Of a stretch of DNA of 64,000 bases, positions 58,802 through 64,000 are shown one piece after another. The notes beneath the pieces were generated by a model. It was not told the DNA's origin. It searched no databases and saw only the letters and a program-made list of their open reading frames with translations. This stretch comes from Deltaproteobacteria bacterium (GTDB taxonomy: Bacteria; Desulfobacterota; Binatia; UBA9968). The first letter of the stretch is position 1. Each line of letters begins with the position of its first letter. A program made the translations under genes and the position numbers. Location: positions 3-64,002 of the forward strand of contig JACQUW010000312.1 of NCBI GenBank assembly GCA_016210115.1, in the 5' to 3' direction.

Positions 58802-60643
58802 CTATGAGGAGGTGCGGCTGCGTAGGGTAGCCTGCAGGGTAATCAGCTTCCCCTGGCGCAAGGCGGAGATCTCCACCTTTTCTCCCGGATGGCGGCTGCG
58901 CAGGGCGGTGGTCAGATCCTCAAGGGTTTTCACTTTGCGCTCCGCGAATTGCACAATAACGTCCCCTTCCTGAAGTCCGGCGGCTTCCGCAGGGCTTCCC
59001 TGGCGAACGCCGGCCAGGCGGATTCCCTGGGCTTGCTCGGCGAAGTCGGGAATGATGCCCAGGTAGGCCCCGTAATTTTCTCCTTCCCTCTCATAGGTTG
59101 CCGGTGCAGATGAGCTGCGAACAAAGTTCAGGTCCGGCGCGGCGCTGAGCTTATTAACTAAAGACAGGACCAAATCGCCTATTTTTTCCATCCCTTCTAT
59201 ATTGAGCTTCTCCCAATCATCTGTCGGCCGATGATAATCTTCATGGGTCCCGGTCGAAAAGTGGAGTACCGGGATGTTCTTGCTGTAAAACGAGGCGTGG
59301 TCGCTTCGGCCGGTGCCGCCGGCTTTTCTCACTTCGATTCCGGACTTCTGGCTGATTTCATTCAGGAGGTCGGCGAACTCCTTGGCCGTGTCGACTCCAA
59401 AGGCGGTTATTCGGTTCTCTTTCATTCTCCCGATCATATCCAGGTTAATCATGGCCTTTATCGATTCGAGCGGGGAAGGAGGATGCGTGACATAGTACCG
59501 GGAACCATACAGGCCCAGTTCTTCTCCTGTAAAGAATACGAACACCAGGGATCTGGCAGGTCTCTCTCTGGACAGACTTAATCTTCGCGCCAGATTGAGA
59601 AGCACCGCGGTCCCTGACGCGTTGTCATCTGCGCCGTTGTGGATTTGTCCTTCGGTCTTCGTATCGCGCGTGCCGAAGTGGCCATATCCCAAGTGATCGT
59701 AATGCGCGCCGATAACGATGTGCTCATCCTTGAGGCGAGGATCAGAACCGGGAAGCACGGCGATCACGTTGTCGGTCTTCCGGGTAATCCGTTCCAGATC
59801 AACTTTGAGCGAGGCCCTAAGGCCAGGTAAAGCCATAGAAAAAGGCTTCTCCTCACGATCGATCTTTTCCTTTAGGTCCCGAATCGAGACGTCTCTCTGT
59901 GTCAACAACCTCTCGATGATCTCGCGCTTGACCTGAGCCGCAATAAGGCTGCTATCGGTGCGCCATAGACTCCGTGCCAGGGAAATCAATTCTGCCTCGC
60001 CGTCCCGGGGGTCGAGATCCACCAGAATCATCGCACTGGCGCCGTGCTCTCTTGCATTCGTCGCCTTGTAACGCAACGTGGCGAAATTAGATGATCCAGG
60101 CCGTTTTCGAAACGGGCTCTTGTCGGTTTTTGGAGGGGGTTCATAGCGTAAAATGAGGACAGTTTTGCCCTTTACGTCGATTCCGGCGTAATCATCATAC
60201 CCGTAATCTTTGGCCGTGATTCCGTATCCGGCAAATACGATCTCCTCCTCCGCTTCTCCCGAGCGCGACAGCCCGAGCGGAATCCATTCCTGGTTGAGGG
60301 CGAGGGGCGAGCTATCGTTAAAGCGGAGTACACCCGGTTCCTTGATTTTAACGCCCACGTCGACACTAAGGCTCTGAAAATAGCTGCCGTTGTCTCCGGC
60401 GGGGAGAACGCCGTAACTCTTAAGCTCATGGGCGATATAGTCTCTGGCTTTCTCGATGCCGGAAGTATCGACGCCGCGACCAAGAAGCTCATCTGAGGCC
60501 AGAAACCTCACGTGCCGTAGTAACTCGTTTGATTTTGGCTGGAATCGAGACGGGATCTCGTCTGTCCAGCCTATGGTCGCGAGCCAGAGGACTAGACTAA
60601 AGCGGGCAAAGGCTTTCCAAAAAAACGGGTGGGTATGCTTCAT
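58802..60643 (-). CDS. M28 family aminopeptidase with PA and PDZ domains
   Basis: GAHYDH, NGADDNASG, GEELG, SDH, YHRPTD, C-terminal PDZ. Confidence 0.92.
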   Translation of the reverse strand: MKHTHPFFWKAFARFSLVLWLATIGWTDEIPSRFQPKSNELLRHVRFLASDELLGRGVDTSGIEKARDYIAHELKSYGVLPAGDNGSYFQSLSVDVGVKIKEPGVLRFNDSSPLALNQEWIPLGLSRSGEAEEEIVFAGYGITAKDYGYDDYAGIDVKGKTVLILRYEPPPKTDKSPFRKRPGSSNFATLRYKATNAREHGASAMILVDLDPRDGEAELISLARSLWRTDSSLIAAQVKREIIERLLTQRDVSIRDLKEKIDREEKPFSMALPGLRASLKVDLERITRKTDNVIAVLPGSDPRLKDEHIVIGAHYDHLGYGHFGTRDTKTEGQIHNGADDNASGTAVLLNLARRLSLSRERPARSLVFVFFTGEELGLYGSRYYVTHPPSPLESIKAMINLDMIGRMKENRITAFGVDTAKEFADLLNEISQKSGIEVRKAGGTGRSDHASFYSKNIPVLHFSTGTHEDYHRPTDDWEKLNIEGMEKIGDLVLSLVNKLSAAPDLNFVRSSSAPATYEREGENYGAYLGIIPDFAEQAQGIRLAGVRQGSPAEAAGLQEGDVIVQFAERKVKTLEDLTTALRSRHPGEKVEISALRQGKLITLQATLRSRTSS

Positions 60644-60780
60644 GAGTTGCTTTCCGAAGCTTGTGCTGTATGATGCAAAAAATATTATCAGATCAGCGCA
60701 TCGTTGCAAATGAGCCGGGGACGTTAAGAATGAAGGCTTCGGCCTGATGGGGGATGGGATGAAAGGGCCCGCGCTGCGTT

Positions 60781-60809
60781 TTGTCAAAGCGCCGGTGAAA
60801 TGATATAAA
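60781..60809 (+). promoter_or_regulatory. sigma70-type promoter of the glutaredoxin-like selenoprotein gene
   Basis: TTGTCA-17 nt-TATAAA with TGn extension; RBS AGGAGG before ATG 60836. Confidence 0.55.
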
Positions 60810-60835
60810 ACGTACAAACATCTTCAGGAGGAATC

Positions 60836-61069
60836 ATGGCTAAATCGGTTGTTACCTTCACCCAACCTGGCTGAGGCCCCTGCCATAGCGAGAAGGAGTT
60901 TCTTTCTCAGAAGGGGGTTTCGTTTACGGACAAAAACGTGCGAGAGGACCCGGCGGCGTTGCAGGAGCTTCTGGCTCTGGGTTATCGGAGCACTCCAGTA
61001 ACGCTCATCGATGGTGAAGCGGTTGTTGGTTTTGATCAGGAAAAAATCGAGAAGCTTCTCGGATTGTAA
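60836..61069 (+). CDS. glutaredoxin/NrdH-like selenoprotein (UGPC; TGA 60872-60874), 77 aa; absent from ORF track
   Basis: MAKSVVTFTQPG-U-GPCHSEKEFLSQKGVSFTDKNV...GYRSTPVTLIDGEAVVGFD. Confidence 0.88.
60890..60908 (+). promoter_or_regulatory. putative bacterial SECIS hairpin
   Basis: GAGAAGGA-GTT-TCTTTCTC, 8-bp stem with one G-U, 15 nt after TGA. Confidence 0.7.
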
Positions 61070-61112
61070 TCGAAAAAGGAATTCATCTATTGCGCGACAA
61101 GGGGAAAAACAT

Positions 61113-61982
61113 ATGGCAGACACGATCGAGCGCATCGAGGGCACCGAAAATGAATACATTAGTCGCCGTGAATTTATTCAGAAGAGCGCGGTTATAACGG
61201 GCGGTCTCGCCGCCACGGCGCTGGCTGATTCTGCAAATCCTTCCAGGTCGTATTCGGCTCAGGTAGATCCCAATGATCCCGGGCTCTCCTCGACCGAGAT
61301 CAAATTTCCCTCCACGGATGGAACCCCTATCGGCGGCTACCTGACTCGCCCGAAAAAAGACGGAAGCCTCCCGGCTGTGGTTGTCATTCACGAAAATCGG
61401 GGGCTCAATGACCATATCCGGGACGTAGCGAGGAGACTCGCGAAGGCGGGTTATGTCGCGCTGGCTCCGGATCTTTTGACACGGCAAGGGGGAACCGCTT
61501 CTTTCGCCACTCCCGACGACGCGATCGCGGCGATTCGAAAAGTCGATGAAGACACCATTACTAAGGATCTCACCGGCGCCATCAATTATCTGAAAGGACA
61601 GAATTTCGTGCGCTCCAACAAAATCGGTGTTGTGGGATTTTGTTGGGGCGGCGGGAATTCCCTGCTGATCGCCACCCGTAATCGGGACCTGGCGGCTGCG
61701 GTTGTCTACTACGGTCGTAGTCCCAAGAACCTGGATGACGTGCAAAATATCTCCGGTGCCGTGCTGGGCCACTACGGGGAAAAAGACCAGCCGATCACCT
61801 CTGCGGTTCCCAAGCTGGAAGCCGCGATGAAAAAGCATGGGAAGTCTTTCGAATATAAGGTTTATCCGGGCGCTCCTCACGCCTTTAACAACGATACCAA
61901 TCCCCAGCGCTACAACGCTTCGGCGGCCAAAGAGGCCTGGGATCGGACGCTGGAGTTTTTCAAGAAACATCTGCAGAGCTAA
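61113..61982 (+). CDS. dienelactone hydrolase family protein (Tat-like signal)
   Basis: SRREFI, HENRGLN, GFCWGG, HAFNND. Confidence 0.9.
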   Translation: MADTIERIEGTENEYISRREFIQKSAVITGGLAATALADSANPSRSYSAQVDPNDPGLSSTEIKFPSTDGTPIGGYLTRPKKDGSLPAVVVIHENRGLNDHIRDVARRLAKAGYVALAPDLLTRQGGTASFATPDDAIAAIRKVDEDTITKDLTGAINYLKGQNFVRSNKIGVVGFCWGGGNSLLIATRNRDLAAAVVYYGRSPKNLDDVQNISGAVLGHYGEKDQPITSAVPKLEAAMKKHGKSFEYKVYPGAPHAFNNDTNPQRYNASAAKEAWDRTLEFFKKHLQS

Positions 61983-62069
61983 AGAAATCAGGAGAGAAAG
62001 TTAAGAGGGCGAGGAGGCTATTTGGAGCAGTTCCGAGCCTCACTACCCGGAAAAAAGACTGGGATCAGG

Positions 62070-62777
62070 CTAACTTCCCTTTAACTGTGATTTCCAAGCA
62101 GACGAGCTCAGCATCTTTCCTGTAACTCCTCTGGATTCGTCACTCGCCAGAAACACGAAGACGTCCGTTACCGACTCGGGTTTTTCGCCCCCATAGCCGG
62201 TGAGTTTGGTTGCCACGTAGCCCGGATCCACCGAGTTTACCCGGATATTGTGACTTCTTAGCTCCGCGGCCAGGCTTTGCGTGAAGCCTTCAATCCCCCA
62301 TTTGGAGACCGCATAGGCCGTAAAATTGGCGTAAGCTCCTCGTCCGAGGGATGAGGAGAGATTGATAATCGAGCCGCCCTTCTCGCGAAGCATGAGCGGG
62401 AGAGCGGCTTTGGTCACCAGAAACGGGCCGCGCAGGTTAACGGCGATCGTGTAGTCCCACTTTTTCACCTCCAACTCGACCAGCGGGGCCGGCCGTGTCA
62501 TGACGCCGGCGTTGTTGACGAGAACGTCGATTCTTCCGTAGCTCGATTCAATCTCCCGCAGGAGCTGGTTTACGGGCTCCTCCAGTGAAACGTCGCAGAC
62601 CCAGTGGCGGCATTCGCCTTTGAGTTGCCGGATTTCGTGTGCCGTTTCTTCGAGCTCAGAGGCAGTCCGGGCGCAGAGAACGAGCCTGGCTCCCTCGCGC
62701 GCGTAAGCCTGAGCCACGGCTTTGCCGATCCCTCTACCGCCACCCGTGATCAGGGTGACTTTGTTTTTCAATCGCAT
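62070..62777 (-). CDS. short-chain dehydrogenase/reductase
   Basis: TGGGRGIG, NNAG, YAVSK. Confidence 0.92.
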   Translation of the reverse strand: MRLKNKVTLITGGGRGIGKAVAQAYAREGARLVLCARTASELEETAHEIRQLKGECRHWVCDVSLEEPVNQLLREIESSYGRIDVLVNNAGVMTRPAPLVELEVKKWDYTIAVNLRGPFLVTKAALPLMLREKGGSIINLSSSLGRGAYANFTAYAVSKWGIEGFTQSLAAELRSHNIRVNSVDPGYVATKLTGYGGEKPESVTDVFVFLASDESRGVTGKMLSSSAWKSQLKGS

Positions 62778-63023
62778 AATTTTCTCTCCGTCTGATTTTT
62801 GATCGTTTGCTGCCAAGCGCCAGTTTGTCATAGATTATACCTTAAGCTTCCTCTTTCCGAAGCTAATGGCGTTCCATGTTCCTGCTCCAGAGGGCACGTT
62901 CGCGGTTGGAAGGGAGCGCGCGAACTGTTAGGATTTGGTTGAAAGGGTGAGAATATTCGTTCGAGACTACCCAGAAGTGGAAGGAACAGGTGATTTCAGA
63001 ACAAATCGTCAAAACTGAATACC

Positions 63024-63434
63024 GTGGTGTCGAGGCAATTTATGCAGTTTACCGGGCTTGATTACATAATTCTCATCGTGGAGGATCTGGACCGGGCGTT
63101 GCGTTTCTATACGGAAGTTCTCGGCCTTACGCTCGGTCATCGTTCAGGCGACTACGCTCAACTGGCCACCGGCGCGACCCGGATGGCGCTTTACACCAGA
63201 GCTGCAATGGAAAAGACTCTAGCAATGGAACTTCGAGCGCCCGCTCTGGATGCTCCGGGGTTCGAGATCGGCTTCAAGGTCGCCGACGTAGATGCGGTAT
63301 TTGCGGATTTGGTGGCTCGCGGCGCAGTCCCTGTGACGCCTCCAACAACACGCGCCTGGGGCCAACGCACGGCGTACGTCAGTGACCCGGATGGACACTT
63401 GATCGAGCTCGCCCAGGACGTAAGAGAATCGTAG
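63024..63434 (+). CDS. VOC/glyoxalase family protein
   Basis: VEDLDRALRFY, WGQRTAYVSDPDGHLIE. Confidence 0.9.
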   Translation: MVSRQFMQFTGLDYIILIVEDLDRALRFYTEVLGLTLGHRSGDYAQLATGATRMALYTRAAMEKTLAMELRAPALDAPGFEIGFKVADVDAVFADLVARGAVPVTPPTTRAWGQRTAYVSDPDGHLIELAQDVRES

Positions 63435-63500
63435 TGGTAACCTGTAGTGATTTATGTTGACACATCATCACGGCCGCGTGAGGCAGGGGAGTTATCGCAA

Positions 63501-63782
63501 ATGAACCAGACCAATAATCAAGGGGATTTTTGGGAGGCTCTCCGCAATCTAAGAAAATCCTCCACCGACAAGAAAATTGCGGGCGTCTGTGGAGGGTTTG
63601 GGGAGCACACCCCCATCCCGGCATGGATTTGGCGAGCGGTATTTCTCATTCTGGTCTTCGCCTGGGGCTTGGGCTTAATTGCTTACATCATACTCTGGAT
63701 CTGCATGCCGCCGGCAGATGAGAAGGTAAAATCTGAGAATGAGGAAGCGTCTCCAAGCCAAGAGGGCCGTTTAGATGGGTGA
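63501..63782 (+). CDS. PspC domain protein
   Basis: KKIAGVCGGFGE...YIILWICMP. Confidence 0.88.
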   Translation: MNQTNNQGDFWEALRNLRKSSTDKKIAGVCGGFGEHTPIPAWIWRAVFLILVFAWGLGLIAYIILWICMPPADEKVKSENEEASPSQEGRLDG

Positions 63783-64000
63783 AACCCGAGTCGATCTGCT
63801 ACATCTTCTCGAGGACTTACGCGACGCCTATCCGGGATCGATCGAGGAGACGATTCTTACGGAGATCATCGCCAACGCTCTCGACTCGGGCGCCACACAG
63901 ATTATGTGCGAGTGCGATCCGGCCCAAAGCACCCTAATGACAGTGGATAATGGCTCCGGGATGCGCCGGCGCGAATTGGCGCGCTATCATGATATCGCCG
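63775..64000 (+). CDS. GHKL (MutL/Hsp90/MORC-type) ATPase, partial
   Basis: TEIIANALDSGA...VDNGSGM; runs off the window. Confidence 0.8.
   Translation, partial: MGETRVDLLHLLEDLRDAYPGSIEETILTEIIANALDSGATQIMCECDPAQSTLMTVDNGSGMRRRELARYHDIA

Noticed and set aside
60824-61159. 111-aa minus-strand track ORF
   Set aside because: Antisense shadow of the glutaredoxin-like selenoprotein gene

Overview
GC-rich bacterial chromosomal window. The many orphan solute-binding proteins, hydantoinase B, CaiB/BaiF, LLM and TPP enzymes suggest a Binatota/'Deltaproteobacteria'-like aromatic or heterocycle degrader (inference). Main results: (1) Three selenoprotein genes that the ORF track splits or misses because of in-frame TGA codons. 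Two are UGSC-motif proteins (8874-9428, 48350-48916), each adjacent to ~345-aa 'TDGLP' partner genes (three copies); the third is a UGPC glutaredoxin-like protein (60836-61069). All three TGAs are followed by a SECIS-like hairpin with the same GGA-GUN-UCY apex, read in two different frames. The UGSC catalytic region resembles glycine/proline reductase GrdB/PrdB, so the UGSC+TDGLP module is a candidate uncharacterised selenium-dependent reductase. (2) An integron cassette array with no integrase in the window (three attC sites plus an attI-like site, 1434-3934), including a two-gene nuclease + membrane-protein cassette. (3) Two copies of a ~220-230 bp MITE-like element with nested REP palindromes, a second dispersed repeat, and many gene remnants. 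The remainder is housekeeping and catabolic genes (queG, mgtE, mgtC, hydroxycinnamoyl-CoA lyase, slt, K+ channel, M28 peptidase). All calls are from reading the sequence; no database searches were run.
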